A stretch of 64,000 nt of DNA from Trypethelium eluteriae (lineage: Eukaryota), in contig JAVECL010000003.1 of assembly GCA_051942245.1 (NCBI GenBank), positions 1 through 64,000 of the forward strand. Direction: 5' to 3'. Positions within the stretch are counted from its first letter, which is position 1; each line of letters begins with the position of its first letter. A program made the translations under genes and the position numbers. Below, piece by piece: positions 34,827 to 48,379 of the stretch. The notes under the pieces were generated by a model. That model did not search any database and was not told where the DNA came from. It saw nothing but the letters and a program-made list of their open reading frames with translations.

Positions 34827-36605
34827 ATGCCCCTACCCCGGCCATTTCCCCGGACTCAACCCCAGATCTTTTCTCGAACAGCCAAGGTACCTTGGACATA
34901 CTGTATGAAGTTACGGGTTTTCCATCGCTCGTTACCGATTCCCACTCCGCAACGTATTACTGTCTTCTCGTTTCACTCCTACTCGCGCATTATGGCCAAG
35001 AAACATGAGCGATCCGAAAGCCAGGATGGCGCGCTGAAGCACCCTTCGACCAAGCGTGCCAAGGAAGTTGACCAGCATACCCCCTTGGACCAATTGGAGG
35101 AGCAATTGGAGGGACAAAAGACTGATCACACCGCACGAAATGTTCTTCACTGGTTTCGCTCCAAGGATCTTCGACAAGAGGACAATAGCGCCCTCGCAGC
35201 CGCTTCCCAGAAAGCGAAAGAGGGGAAGGGTTCACTGCTTACCATGTACCTCTTCTCCCCCAAAGATATGGACTGGCATGGCACCAGTCCTGCGCGAACG
35301 GATTTCATTTTGCAGTCGCTTCAATTGCTCAAGGACCAATTGAAGGAAAAGCACATTCCCCTTGCATGTGTAACAGCGGAGGAGAGGGCAGAAAAAACTG
35401 ATGCCATAATGGACTTCGCTCGAAAGCACGACGTATCCCACATATATGCGAATATTGAATACGAAGTGGATGAGCTTCGCAGAGATATTAAAGTTGCAAA
35501 ACACGTGCAAAACGAACAAGACCTATCCTTCGAACTCCTTCACGACCAGACTGTCGTCAAGCCTGGGGAGCTGACAACCGGTAGTGGCGGTCCTCATAAG
35601 GTCTTTACGCCTTACCACAAAGCCTGGCTGGCTCTCCTGAAAGATGAGCCAAATCTTCTTGATGTTCAACCATCACCAGAGGCGAACGACAAGAAAGCAG
35701 CACAGGAATTTAAAGATCTCTTCGATTCAAAAGTACCCGCTCTTCCCGAGAGCAAGCAGTATCCACCGGAACAAGACCAAGGCAAGCTCCGCAAATTATG
35801 GCCTGCGGGTCACGAAGCAGGCATGAACCGTCTGTTGGACTTCCTAAAGGAGAAAGTTAAAAACTATGCGAAGCATCGATCCGAACCTGCCCTTGACCCA
35901 TCGAGCAGACTTAGCCCCTACTTAGCATCAGGCATCATTGGTATCCGCGAGACCCTTTCCAAAGCAAAAGAACACAATGACGGGGAGAATTTCGACGAAG
36001 GCGATCCAAGTATCGACTCCTGGGTTCGCGAAATCGTCTTCCGCGAATTCTATCGGCAAATGATGGTTGTCACTCCGCACAATGCGATGAACCTCCCACA
36101 AAACCTCAAGTTCGATTTTGTACAATGGGAAAATGACGAAGAAGGATGGAAAAAGTGGTATGAAGGCAAGACTGGCGTCCCATTCATTGATGCAGGAATG
36201 AGACAGCTGAATGCAGAGGCTTACATGCATAATCGTCTACGAATGAATACGAGTAGCTACTTGCGGACAAACCTGTTGATTGATTATAGAAAGGGCGAGC
36301 GATACTTCGCTGAAAATCTGGTGGATTGGGATTTGAGCAATAACACTCAAGGATGGGAACCCAGTTATACAGTATTCAATCCGGTGAGCCAAGCAGAAAA
36401 GTGCGATAAGAATGGAGATTACATAAGGAAGTGGGTGCCGGAATTAAAAGATGTCCAGGGCAAGGCGATATTTGCTCCGCACGAGAGACTAGGAAAAAAG
36501 GAGTTTGAGAAATTGGGATACCCATATCCACACGTGGATTTCAAGGAGAGCAAAGATAGGGCGCTCTCACGTTACAAATCTGACCTTGCTGACGCGGACC
36601 CGTGA
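34827..36605 (+). CDS. DNA photolyase/cryptochrome family protein (class I CPD photolyase-like, divergent)
   Basis: HWFRSKDLRQEDN, VFTPYHKAW, SSRLSPYLASG, GKTGVPFIDAGMRQL, MHNRLRM, FNP and YIRKWVPEL; alternative start at 34992. Confidence 0.93.
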   Translation: MPLPRPFPRTQPQIFSRTAKVPWTYCMKLRVFHRSLPIPTPQRITVFSFHSYSRIMAKKHERSESQDGALKHPSTKRAKEVDQHTPLDQLEEQLEGQKTDHTARNVLHWFRSKDLRQEDNSALAAASQKAKEGKGSLLTMYLFSPKDMDWHGTSPARTDFILQSLQLLKDQLKEKHIPLACVTAEERAEKTDAIMDFARKHDVSHIYANIEYEVDELRRDIKVAKHVQNEQDLSFELLHDQTVVKPGELTTGSGGPHKVFTPYHKAWLALLKDEPNLLDVQPSPEANDKKAAQEFKDLFDSKVPALPESKQYPPEQDQGKLRKLWPAGHEAGMNRLLDFLKEKVKNYAKHRSEPALDPSSRLSPYLASGIIGIRETLSKAKEHNDGENFDEGDPSIDSWVREIVFREFYRQMMVVTPHNAMNLPQNLKFDFVQWENDEEGWKKWYEGKTGVPFIDAGMRQLNAEAYMHNRLRMNTSSYLRTNLLIDYRKGERYFAENLVDWDLSNNTQGWEPSYTVFNPVSQAEKCDKNGDYIRKWVPELKDVQGKAIFAPHERLGKKEFEKLGYPYPHVDFKESKDRALSRYKSDLADADP

Positions 36606-36658
36606 GCAAGATCAGCGATACCGGATTATACATACGTACCAGCTTTTAGAAGGAACAA

Positions 36659-37575
36659 TCAATGGGCAGTGAAGCCACCGTCAATGACCAAGCCCGACCC
36701 TGTCATGAAACTGCTCATTGGAGACGCCAGGTAGATGATGGAGTCCGCAATCTCTTCGGGTTCAGCTGGTCTTCCCATTGGCGTCTTCTCATACTCCTTC
36801 TGCATTCTGTCATCTGGTATGATTCCTTGTACGAACGGCGTTGCAACGTATCTAGATTCACCTGGTCAACAACAACTTGATGTAAAGCCGAAAAGCCAAA
36901 ACGTTAACGGACCCAGGGCAGATTGCATTAATTCGAATTCCGTCCTTCGCATAGTGAAGCGCATCCGTCTTCGTCAGCCCCATGACTCCATGTTTACTTG
37001 CCGCGTATGCTGCTGCTGGCGTATTTAACGATGTGCCTATCGTTCCGTACATACTCGCCACGTTCACAATGCATCCCCGGCCTTGGCGTGGGCCTACGAC
37101 ATCTTGCTTCATCATTTGTGCAAGTTCATGCTTCTGGCATGTCCAAACGCCGGTGAGATTGACGTCAAGGAGCTTCTTCCAGTCCGCGACAGCTATAGTT
37201 GGAGACAATCCAGCAGGGCCACCGATGCCGGCGCAGTTGACCGCGAAATCGATCCGATCGTGGCGAGCGACAACCTTGGCGATGGCCTTTTCGATAGAGC
37301 CTTCATCGGTCACGTCCACATGAAAGTAAATGATATCCAGGCTAGGATCTTGACTTTGAAGTTCGGAAGCTGTTTGGGCTAAGCCATCCAGATTGACGTC
37401 AGCTAATGCTAATCTTTGTGCCCCATATTTGGCGAATGCGAGAGCTGTGGCTCTACCGATGCCTTTCAATTGCTTCAGTCAGAGGTATTCTTGCAGTGGT
37501 CCACGTTGCTATAGTTTGAAGATTACCTGAAGCGGCGCCTGTGACGAAGGCTGTTCCTTTCAGCAAGACTGTCAT
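36659..37575 (-). CDS. Classical short-chain dehydrogenase/reductase, 3 exons
   Basis: TGAASGIG spanning intron 1, [18 protein letters not shown]; last exon ends IDGGFTAH, stop at 36659. Confidence 0.92.
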
Positions 37576-38648
37576 TATCCTGTACAATGTTTGCTGTAAG
37601 TAGATGTAGTTTTCAGGTCCGTCAATAGAACCGATATATTGAAGTTCTGGTCGCAACGTCTGTGTTAGGAGTACATGGTAGATAACCGAGATTCCGCGAT
37701 TATTTCATCAGACATGTACGTACCCTTGAGCGTAGGTCACCGGAATTGGCGCTATCGCATGCTGAAGCGTTCTAAGTCATTCCCATTTCTTTAGGCATCG
37801 TTCTCTCTCCTTTCACGCTTATGCCAAGCTTAATGAATCGTCCGGTGACGAAGGTGGGGTAGTCGTGGCTGCTCTGGCGATACTTGAGATCTACGATAGT
37901 CCCTAGTCCAGGGCATCATTGCACCATTGGGTGCTGAATGATTGAGCTGATGGATGTGCCGTTCAAATGGCCGCGCTAGGATTGAGGGTACGGTGCGGAA
38001 TCCCTACAGCAACTACAACTTGCAGGGGTCGTACTCTTAGGTAACCATGTCTTCTACGTTAGGCAGGTGTGACCAGTGATCTCATCCACCTACGATGCTT
38101 TTTCTGAGTCCAAAACTAAAACTATCACTGGGCTGACTGCTGCCAAAGCTGTGAGAGGCCTCAGTCTTGCTACCAGTGCTTTAGCTTTTCATCTGGTCCT
38201 GCAGCTGTGCGGGCCTTACCACGCCCCGTCTGACGGAGGAAAAAGCGTCCGAATTTGACACAGACCACCTACGTAAACAACACCATACCTCTTATCTCAT
38301 ACGCATATTCTAGTATTTGACAGTGGCTTATTTAGCTACTGACTCTACGGAATATCGTGAAGCCATTATGGTGATATCTCTTTGGGCGTTAAATATGCTT
38401 CTAATCGAATTACCAGCACGCCACACGTCGCTATGACTCGCCTCCCAAGAGAACTGTCTTCGGCAGAGTTCCGTCTACCTGCTTCCCTTAGATTCCCCAG
38501 TCATGAACAACGGTGGTGGAGTTTGCTGCATAGCCAAAGCGACGACATTATCAGCCAGTCGTGCACAGCATGCACTCCGAGGCTACAATACGCAAGAAAG
38601 AAATCTCGACTTCCACATCCATTGTCTCCGGCGCTAGCGTTGCCTTTT

Positions 38649-39971
38649 CTACGCTTTCAGGCCGATCCTACTTGAGGATGCACTGTACGCTGTACCGTGG
38701 TGTTTGTTCACCTCTGGCATGGAACTGCGTGACTTCATAATTCTTGAGGCCGTACGGCTCCTAACTTTTGTGCCCTCCTCAGCGGGATAGAGGACCATGG
38801 TAGAGGTGGCTGCCATTGCGACTGCACTCCGAAAATCTCCTTTCAGGTCCACGTTAAACAGGTCTTTCTCAATAATCTTGTCTCTCCTTGCTTCTAGTTC
38901 GTCCAAATCCGAGATCACAGAAATGCACCGCCCGCTCAGAAATTTCACCGATGAGCCGGTGAGGAAGTCAAGTATACAGCGACGTCCGCAGCGAGTTTTG
39001 TCGATAGGTCGAGCTGTACCATTGTTGAGCTGGAAATGTTCCTGGAGCAGTGTTAGAGCGGACATCTGAAGCTCTGTCCGCAGCCTTTCAAACCATACCT
39101 GCAAATGGAGAGCGGAGTAGTGCAGCGAAGTGGTCTTCGAGACTACGATGAAACAAGGGGAGTTCTTGCGCGCTGGTACCAGGCCGTCCACGATGCACAT
39201 GCATTTGAGTCTGATCTTTTCTTCGTTCTCTGCAAGTACATATCGTGCCTCAAGACACAAACACCGTCAACCCGCCACAGTTGAGGTGGTCCCCTTGAAG
39301 TTGCGTCGGAGCATACGGGCAGTCCAATACTGCATTCTCACGGGGGGTAAATCCGAAACTCAGCAGATCAGGAGACCAGCTTTCCAAGGCATGTCGTCTA
39401 GACATCTTGGTCTACCTCAGGATAATCCAAAATGAGTTCTCGATGTTGCCCAGAGCTAGCAACTGCTAGGGTAGCTGACGTCTTGTCTCCAAAGAGAGAA
39501 CTTCAACACCGGCTCCATGAGCGCACTGCATCTATAGCTAGTTTTCTTGCGGACCCTCTTATTCTTGATGCAATCGAAAGACTTTGGATTGTTTGTCTTA
39601 TCGTTGAAGCGATCTCACAATTTTCAATACTCACTTTGTACGATGTCAAGTCGCTTCTGAAGATTCTTGCTTGGGCTGGAATTTTCTAAGACAAGTGTGG
39701 CCAGAATCTATGGGACGAAGCCTGTAAGGATGTATGAAGGCTTGAGAGAGTAATTTAGCTTGTTACCTCCAACAGAACTCCGCACCCAGGTCCTGAGGTT
39801 AGCTTTCCGCATACAACTCGCCAAGAGTAAACCACCTAACCCAAAATTGAGTGATCTTCGGTACTCTATGCTTGTGACGCCCTTATGTAGGTTCATCACG
39901 AGTCGGTGTCTCAACGCCCAGGCCGCCATAAATATCCGCTAAAGCTGACGACAAATTCAGCCAGGATCCAT
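38649..39971 (-). pseudogene. Probable decayed gene remnant, weakly resembling a HeLo-like plus kinase-like protein
   Basis: 203-codon ORF plus upstream fragments broken by stops (MDPG*...IEYRRSLNFG); no intact catalytic motifs. Confidence 0.25.
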
Positions 39972-40764
39972 ATCATTTGCTGACCGTAATTCCCAGCCGG
40001 ACTAAGCAGGCACAATACTGGCTGTGCAATACGCGACATGCCAGGATGCGCGATATCCATTAAATCTGGGGACTAATGTCGAAAGTCCACGTGGACGGGA
40101 ACTTGACGGGTAAAACGGGTATTGGCTCGTTTCAGATAGGTTTAATATGCTCCCTTTTCGTCTCGGTTCGTTATTAGGACTACAATTAATACAGAGTTGT
40201 ATACCTAGTCATGAAATTGTTCACCTACCCACATATCCCTGCTCTCCTAACTAATGGCTCCTGTCAGGTAACCAGGTATCATCAGCACGTATCAATACAA
40301 GCAAACAATGCAGTTACGATAGAAGATGAATGGAATGCATGACTATGCAATCAGTTGACTATCCTCGGGCAGCCTTACTGTATTACCACAGTCCGACGAT
40401 TGATTCTCATGTGCATTACTCCGTACACTGCGTCTACTAAGGAGCTAAGGTCTTCAGTGGTCACAGTCTCGATGGCAACGTCTTATTTCTTCAATCCCTG
40501 CCAATTCGGATAGTGTGGCAAGCGACTGTTTATCCGGAGTCCAGGACTTGAGCCTTCACTAACGGAACCCATGTGCTAGTTCTCCTCAGTTCCCCTTTTA
40601 TACGTGTGGCCGATCCTTCACAATATCGTAAAGGCATAGCTTGGATCATAGATCACTGCACACTCAAAGTAACCTCGGCTTCATCTCGACTACAAGATTA
40701 GTCTAGCATTCGTTCCGCTAACAGCGAGCCTTTACAGCGTACGGTTCGGTCTGCACACCCAAGC

Positions 40765-42195
40765 TTAGCTCAGACCGGTGCCTTCCTTCAACTCTGCTTC
40801 GACAATTCCATTTTGATCCCCAGGCGGAAGCCAGAACTTGATGATCCTAAATCCGACGGGATCTACTAATTTCGTCCATTCCTCCTCCGTCCGTTGCGAA
40901 CCTCCGCTGAGAACCAGCATCGTGATGTCCATGTCTAGCTGACGCAACGGCGGCTGATCATCTTTCATGATAATGTTGGAAATGAGAAGTTTTGAGTAGC
41001 TAGGTCGCATCACTTCTGCAAGGCGGCGGAGGATGATCTGACAGACAGGGTCGGGGTGATCATGGAGGATATTTGAAAGGAAATAGACCTTTGCTCCTAG
41101 ATAGTGCCTGATATGTAAGAAAAGAGTCCGTCTTCATGTTCTGGTGTTGCATGGCTGAGCGTTGATGGTTCTATACCTTTGACGGGTTGTGTTCGCATGA
41201 AGTCGTGGCCCATCCTCTCAATCTTCGGATCCAAGTCCTTGATGCCGTTGATGACCTCGGGCAGATCTTGCAACACAAACCTTCCCTCGCAATTGGTTTC
41301 CTGGAGCACCGCCTGGCCTTCATGGCCTCTCCCACCCGCGACGTCCACAAAAGCAACCTTATCCTTTGTCAAGCCAGTCAGCATATCTCTTATGGGAAAC
41401 CAGCTAAGCCAATGACTGCGCAGAGGTCCACCGTACAAGCCATCCATGAAACTCTGTAAATCTGCCATTGTGTCTGGCGCTTGCTTAGCCCAGTAACTGT
41501 GGTTATCTAGGTTAGTTCTCTTGGCGAATTGAAATGGCGTATCAGTCATAGACTGTGGCAAACGGTAGCCATTGGATTTGAGATAGGCGGGCGTCTTGAG
41601 ACAGATGTGAGAGTTTTCGTTGAAACTAAGACCTACTGGTTAACCACCATTTAGGGAGTGGAGAGATAGAAGATAGAACGCGTAAAGGTCTTAGAGTACT
41701 TGAGCCTTACGCCTGCTTGCACTGATGGCAATGTCATGTTTCTCGTCGCAGGTGTCGCAGCATATCTATGGTGGCCTGCTTGCGCGGCAAAGCCGGTTGC
41801 CACCAGGACTCTCATAATACGTAGAACCAATCCATCTTGTGCTCCGGAGAGTCGCGCAAGCTCATGTGCAGTGCTTGGCTTCTCTGCCAGCAGTTGAAAT
41901 AGGTTCAGATCATCTGCGACTTTAACGCACATCAACCGCTCAGTCTGACGGGTATGCTGTTCAGCCGGAAAGTACATTTTGGCGAAGGGACTGTGGGCAG
42001 GCTCACGGAATGCGCCAGATCTGCTACGAGTTCGTCCGGTTGCGTTAATTGAGCTGTGAGCTCGCGTGAGAGTTCCAGTAGTTCGGCTCGAGCATCATCA
42101 TCAGCCAAGATTTCGGGACATTTGGAAATTAAACTTTGTTGCTGCTTTAGCAAGGAGCGAATGCGACCGGAGTCAACGTTCAGTTCAGATGACAT
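40765..42195 (-). CDS. O-methyltransferase (fungal secondary-metabolism type), 4 exons
   Basis: Winged-helix dimerisation region (LVLRIMRVLVATG), FVDVAGGRGHE, FVLQDLPEV, GHDFMRTQPVKG, and GGSQRTEEEW. Confidence 0.92.
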
Positions 42196-43162
42196 GGTTG
42201 AAGGTCGAACTTCTGAACGACACGGGTGTCGCCTTGGATAGTTGAGATCGCGATACAGGAGTCTTCGCGCTGACCTTACGATGGTACTGTACTACGGAAA
42301 AATTTGCCAGCGTCTTGGAAGTGGGGAGCACGGGACAGCTCTATCACCGTCGTTGGGGCTACTTGGCGTGGCGCCTTTGAAAGAGATGGCTTGGAAGAAT
42401 TGCAGCAGAGGTTTCGGTAGAGAGAGATGTTCCAGCTGTTTCACCTGCCCAATCTGCAATGCCTGTTCCAAGATAGCTTGAGCAGATTTGTGAAGTGGGC
42501 CAAAATACACAAGTGCTGCAGATTCTTGCCCTTTATGGGGATGGAGCCGAAGGATTTCCGACGATCCACTTGTCTGCAACTCACTGACTCAAGAAGAGAG
42601 GAGCGGAAGGTCTTTGGCATCACCATTCGCTGGAACATCAAAGCTGACCCAAAGCCAGGAACTACCATCAAGCGAAATTTCCGTACAAGCATTGTCCCTG
42701 TGAATCTGTCTGCGTGGCTTTTCATCTGACTCTACGAAATCTTCTGACGAATTTGCTTGCAACGTCGGAAGTCTGACAACTTCCTTGCAATGCTCCCATG
42801 CATAAAATGCTATCTGGATCTAGATATTCGAATGGTACGTCGGACACGTGGTAGCCGAAACATTGTACCTTGATCCGTCCATAAGCCCTATAATACGATC
42901 CAAGAAATTAAATAATCAAACCAATTCAGTCTCATCTGGCCTTCATGGTCTTCATTCGCCTACTTTTTTTATTAAGAGAAAAATAAATGTCTTCAGTCCA
43001 CACATTTGGACACAGTAGCCGTTGAAGAAAAGTCATACTGCCTAGTAAAAAGGCATTCACCGTACTCCGTCTGGCTTCCGAAAGTAGAGACATGTCACCG
43101 AATGATAGTGAACTCCAAGCAAGTACTTCGTACCAAAAATGCAACTGCGCCCGGCCAACTTT

Positions 43163-44391
43163 TTATTCATAATAAATTTGGACATCTGTCGTCCGAGTGA
43201 TGTCGCTCTTGTCTGCAGTCCTAAGGATGTACTCCTCGCTGCCGCCATTCTGCACAGGAAGAACCTTGCCGTGCTTATTCCGATTAGACTCGGAATAATT
43301 GGAGTTGCTCTGTAGGGCTAGATTTTGACTGCGATTCGTTAGTCCCCGTCTTCCACTGGCCTCGACGTCGTAATAGCCGCTTCCTGTTCCGCGCTTGCTT
43401 CTGACGAAGAATGGTCGTATTGTTGGAGCGCTAGCTGTGAGAATGACGATGTTGATCTCGACAATGATCCAGATTTCAAGTTTGGTGACGTTGTACGTGA
43501 AATCGCCCACGGCCGAGAGATTTGCATTCTCAACGGTTTTGACAATTGATGCCGCAAAAGCACTGTAACCAATGAGCCAAAGTTCGTCCAGAAAGGAAGA
43601 TGAACAGCAACTTACAAAAGACTCAGGCAAAGTACGGCAGCCAGAGCAATCTTGGTTGACTTCGCCATAGACAATGATCGGATCATGACGGCAGGAAGGG
43701 CGCTGAGCCAAAGATCAGAAATGCTGTTGAACGCTATTCCAAATTAGCTGCGTGATTTAGAATTCTCTTAGCTCTGCTTACCACTCGAGAGGTAGGCCAG
43801 GACAGTTTGCAATGTCAAGGGGATACAAAAGTCGGCGGGATTAATATGAGGATCCCAGAGCGCATTCGTGTGCGTTCCACATTGGGTAAAAAGCTCGATG
43901 ATGATAGCTGCATCTTGCAGGAGTTGAATGGCAATGACAGCCCAAAGAGACCACCGAAACCATATGTCGCGTGGGCCCAAAATTCCGAGGAGAAAGCAGG
44001 CGAAAGAAATACGGCCAAACATTGGAGCGGTGATGATTACAGGCTCGAGGAAGGTCGTGTATTTCGTGGCATGAAACGCTTGCGTGTATGACAGGAAGAT
44101 CTCATGTCGTCCAAGACCCCAGTGAACCGCAAACGTAATAAGCACGCAGCTCACGAAATTAAAAACCTAGGCAAGTTTAGAATTTTCTGACAATAAAGAA
44201 GGCGGGGGTCGCGTTCGATATAGACTCACCACCGAGAGAAGAATCATCCAGTCATGAACAGCAAGACGTCGCTTGACCATCATCACCGCAACCCAGAACC
44301 GCAAAATTACGACAGGCGTCGAGACAGCGAAGCCCACCCATGATAGAATGAGTAGTGTTGTACCGATATTGTTGTCTTGAGGTTGAGCCAT
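43163..44391 (-). CDS. PTH11-like integral membrane protein (rhodopsin-domain type, no CFEM), 4 exons
   Basis: VVILRFWV, HDWMILLS, WGLGRH, RISFACFLL, TQC-LWD-C and EINIVILTASAPTIRPFF motifs. Confidence 0.88.
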
Positions 44392-45895
44392 GGCCAGTGT
44401 ATTGATAGACCCCTGGGACCAGCCCTGGGTGAGTTACAGAGTAGTTACTTGATCTTGAACGAGTGCACGCGGATGTGAAGTAGCGATTGATCTTGAACAT
44501 TGGGCTAGAGGGAAAGGCACGGTGGTTGTTATGTACGATACTATTGGCACATCGCCAGGGTCGACAGATTGATGGGCCAAGAGACTAGGGTATGAGTGGA
44601 GAGCAAGATGTTAGCTGTCGATGGGGAGGGGAACGGATCGATTGCTCCACTCATGGCAAGCTAATCAAATAGCCAAGCTGCCACTGAATCATGTCAAAAC
44701 ACAACTCGTCTAACAATCCATATATGTCTGGTGATATTCAATGCTTAAGAGTATCACTCGGCATCCGGACCAGGGTCCTTGAAGCTTGGGTACTTGGCCA
44801 AACCTCGAAATGGTTCGTGGCTTGAAGTTCAAGTGGCCCATGATAGGGATGGACGTGTTCGAGGGACGGGTTGACCGTTCTCGGTACCGAATCCGGCGAA
44901 ACGCTAAAGGAGTGATGTAGGGATCGGGGAAGCATCCACTGCATTTTAGCAAGGTACGCAGGTACTGCAGGGCGGCCTTTAGCGAGAAAGCCAGGGGACG
45001 GTGGCACCGTGGCGTGGGACTCTCCCCGGTAGCAGTTGAAGCCCGGTGAAAATGAAGGAGGCACTGGAGAAAGCACGGTCCTATGGGTTTTCGAGTCAAG
45101 ACCGCCCAGGATGATCGGATTGATTACGTACGGCACAGTTTTATGGAACCTGATGCACTCTATGGGATCTTGTGGGACCGACGATCCGAAACCTCCGTCT
45201 TCAGCGCGGGCCGTAGAATACGAGACGATTAGTGGCATCTCGAGGCGCAATTTCGCAGCCTCGATGGACTGATCGTCGTTCGCCATTCTGACGCGAACTG
45301 ATGGGTTCGGCCCATAAAAATGGCGATATCTCAGTCAAGAGTCGCGCGGGGAGACGATGATCAGTTAGACGTCAACTTCCTGGCATTCTGATAGATTCAG
45401 GATGGTCAATATCAAAGAATTGACGCTGCGGGTTCCAGCGGATGGTATGGAGTAGTAGTATACCTGCTTACTACCTTAGGTACGGTGGTACTTTCCCAGT
45501 GGTCGAACCCATACCTATCCACGCTATCGCAACGGACAAACTGCAGAGAAACCAACAACCTGTTCCGTGCACATCACCGCTGCTAGGCCAAACGATTTCG
45601 AGACTATTCTAGTTTCCCCAGCCTCCGTGAGATGGCCTTGACCACCGTCGGTCGTTGGGTCTTTTGCCAGTGCCCTTCATGCATGAACCCGGAACAGGGT
45701 CGGTGGGGTTGCTCTACTATTCGGCAGTTGAGCAGCTGGTGTGCAGATGGCCACAGCTAAGAAGCCCTAAATGTAGCCCCAACATCGTGCATCTCAGTAA
45801 TTTCTATATCCTTTTGCATCTTCTTTCACTGCTTGAGCCCTGGTCTGGCTTTTTTAGACTTTGCGCCTCTCGAGCTCCCGGAGACGCTCACAGAA

Positions 45896-47828
45896 ATGAC
45901 GTCCTTTACTAGACCCCAGAAAAATCTAATTCACAGGTGATTCCTGCCGTATCTACAGGGAGATGGTTCTGTTAACAGCTTCCGCAGTCATGCGCATGAA
46001 GAAATTCCTGGCACCGTCGATCTAAGAGCAGTGGAAGGTGATGATACTGCATATGGCCAGGCACTGTTCCCAGTACCAGCCGAAGATCCGAATGATCCTT
46101 TGCAAGTATGCATGCAGACTTCAGAGGTTGACGAGCAGAGCTATTGGACTAACTACTCTGACAGTGGCCGGCCGCAAAGAAGAACACTATCCTCATCATT
46201 TACTCTCTCTACTCGTTCTTGTGTAACACGACTTTGATTGGATCTTCGGTGTACATTTCTGTATATTCAAAGGAGTTCAATGTCTCTCCCACCGTCGCTT
46301 CTCAGACGAGTTCCTATCCGACTCTTGCCTTTGGCTTAGGTACAGTAACACGCTGAACTTTGTCCGCGGCTTGCGGCTGACAATGCCAAGGATGTCTGGT
46401 CTTGATCCCCATGTACGTCAAGTTTGGCCGACGACCAACCATGATTCTTTCTATGCTCCTCGTAAGTGCAGCCGCGAAATGCAACCCGACAACCAATCAG
46501 GCGTCTGACATATGAAACACTAGTATGTCTTTGGGGTCTTGGGCTGCGCTCTATCTCAGTCTTTTGGTGGACTTATGGCCGCTCGCATAATCCATGCCGC
46601 CGGTAGCGGTGTTTGCGAGGCTCTGCCTGTCCAAGCTGTCAACGACATCTTCTTTTTGCATGAGCGCGGGAAACGCATCAGTTACTACACTGCGGCGCTT
46701 TCTCTTGGCTCAATCGGCGGCCTTCCGGCCGGTTACATGCTTGCGGCAGGCTATTCCTTCCGTCTCTTCTACTATGTCGAGTTCGCATTTGGGATGGCTT
46801 TGCTTATCGTTGCCTTCTTCCTCGTGCCCGAGACTGCTTATAAAAGAAAGACAACTGTGACAGTAGAGAAGTCGCCGGCCGAGACGGGACAAGATTTCGA
46901 ACTACAAAAGGGGGCGAGCTTCGTTGAGCCTCAGAAAGTATCTCACCTGAGTGTCGAGGTCGAAGGGGTACCTTTAGGACCACAAAGACAGACTTACCTC
47001 CAGTCTTTGAAACCATGGAGCTTCTACGATCGCGATGCAGAATTCTTCATGATGATGGTCCGATCGTTCACCTACTATTTCGTGCCGCCTGTCCTATGGG
47101 TCATCACAAGCTTTGGCATTTACATCGGATGTGCAGCGCTCGCCTTTAATTACACATTCCCTCTTAAGATTGTGGAACCACCGTACAACTGGAATGCCAA
47201 CAACTCTGGTCTCATTGCCATTGCGTTTATCATCGGTTACGGCCTTGCGCTTCCTTTTGCGAACAGTTCTGACCGTCTGGCTGCGTATCTGACAAAGAGG
47301 AATAACGGCATCCGGGAAGCGGAGATGCGTCTTGGTGTAATGCTCCCAGCCATGCTTATTGGACCTGCGGGCCTCGTTATCTACGGCTTTGTGGCCCAAA
47401 GGAATCTGCACTGGATAGGATACTTCGCAGGAGTCGCTATGCTTGACTGGTCTGCACTTTTCTTCTTTACATTTACATTGGCTTACGCGATCGACTCTTA
47501 CACGGCCAACATGTCCGAAATGCTGATTGCGATGAATATCGGTAAGAATGCAATCAGTTTTGGTATGGGGTAAGTCTCTCCACCTAAAGAATTCGCATCT
47601 CCAAATTGGAAATCGCTAAATCGAAATAGTTTCAAGCTTCTCACCTGGATCCTTGAGAGCGGTTATGCAACAATTATCGCGGGTGCGTTTGGTGGCATAA
47701 TACTTGCGAATAACCTGGTACTGCTGCTCTTCATGTGGAAGGGTAAGAGCATGCGTATATATTTCGCCAACACTTGGCTTTCGAGATTGCATAGGAAGAC
47801 GATCAGAACGGAAGGCGAAGTTGCCTAA
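45896..47828 (+). CDS. Major facilitator superfamily transporter (HOL1/DHA1-like), 6 exons
   Basis: PVPAEDPNDPLQW, KFGRRP, NDIFFLHERGKR and REAEMRL motifs with multiple hydrophobic segments; stop 47828. Confidence 0.9.
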
Positions 47829-48379
47829 AGTGCCGGTCCACTTTATGAAGTGCTCACGGGCTGCAATCTCTGACCGTGATCTCATCCTCGGTGGTCGTCC
47901 GTAGGGCATTACTCAAGTGACGAAATACCGATCATACTTCAAAGGCTATTTCCGTGTGGTTGAAAAATTTCGATAGGAACGTACCATGGACGCCCATGTG
48001 ATGTCACGGAGCGATGAAGACCAGAGATTTCCCCTTCTAGCGTATTACCGTACATACTTTTATAGAATGCATTCTTTCCGTTCACCTAGAAGCAATGAGA
48101 AGAATTCGTGATTGAGATATCAGATGGCAAATTTGGTATTGATGCAACGAGGGCTAATGTCCCATCCAATTGAATACAAATGCAACCGTCTAGGATTGCA
48201 CATGGCCTGAAGCCCATGGGTTGTGTGATCGCTTCGAGAAATAGGACCTCCAGTTTCGGCACAGGTGACATCATGCCTCTACGTCTTGACGCAGTGCCCG
48301 CCACAAGAACTTGGACTTTCCCCAATCTTCCTCCAACATGTCGGCCTGGTCGAAAATGCAGGAGTCGCCACGGAATCTG

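Noticed and set aside
44738..45286. 182-aa minus-strand ORF between the PTH11-like and MFS genes
   Set aside because: Pro/Ser-rich with no domain, and it lies in the divergent promoter; probably spurious, though not excluded
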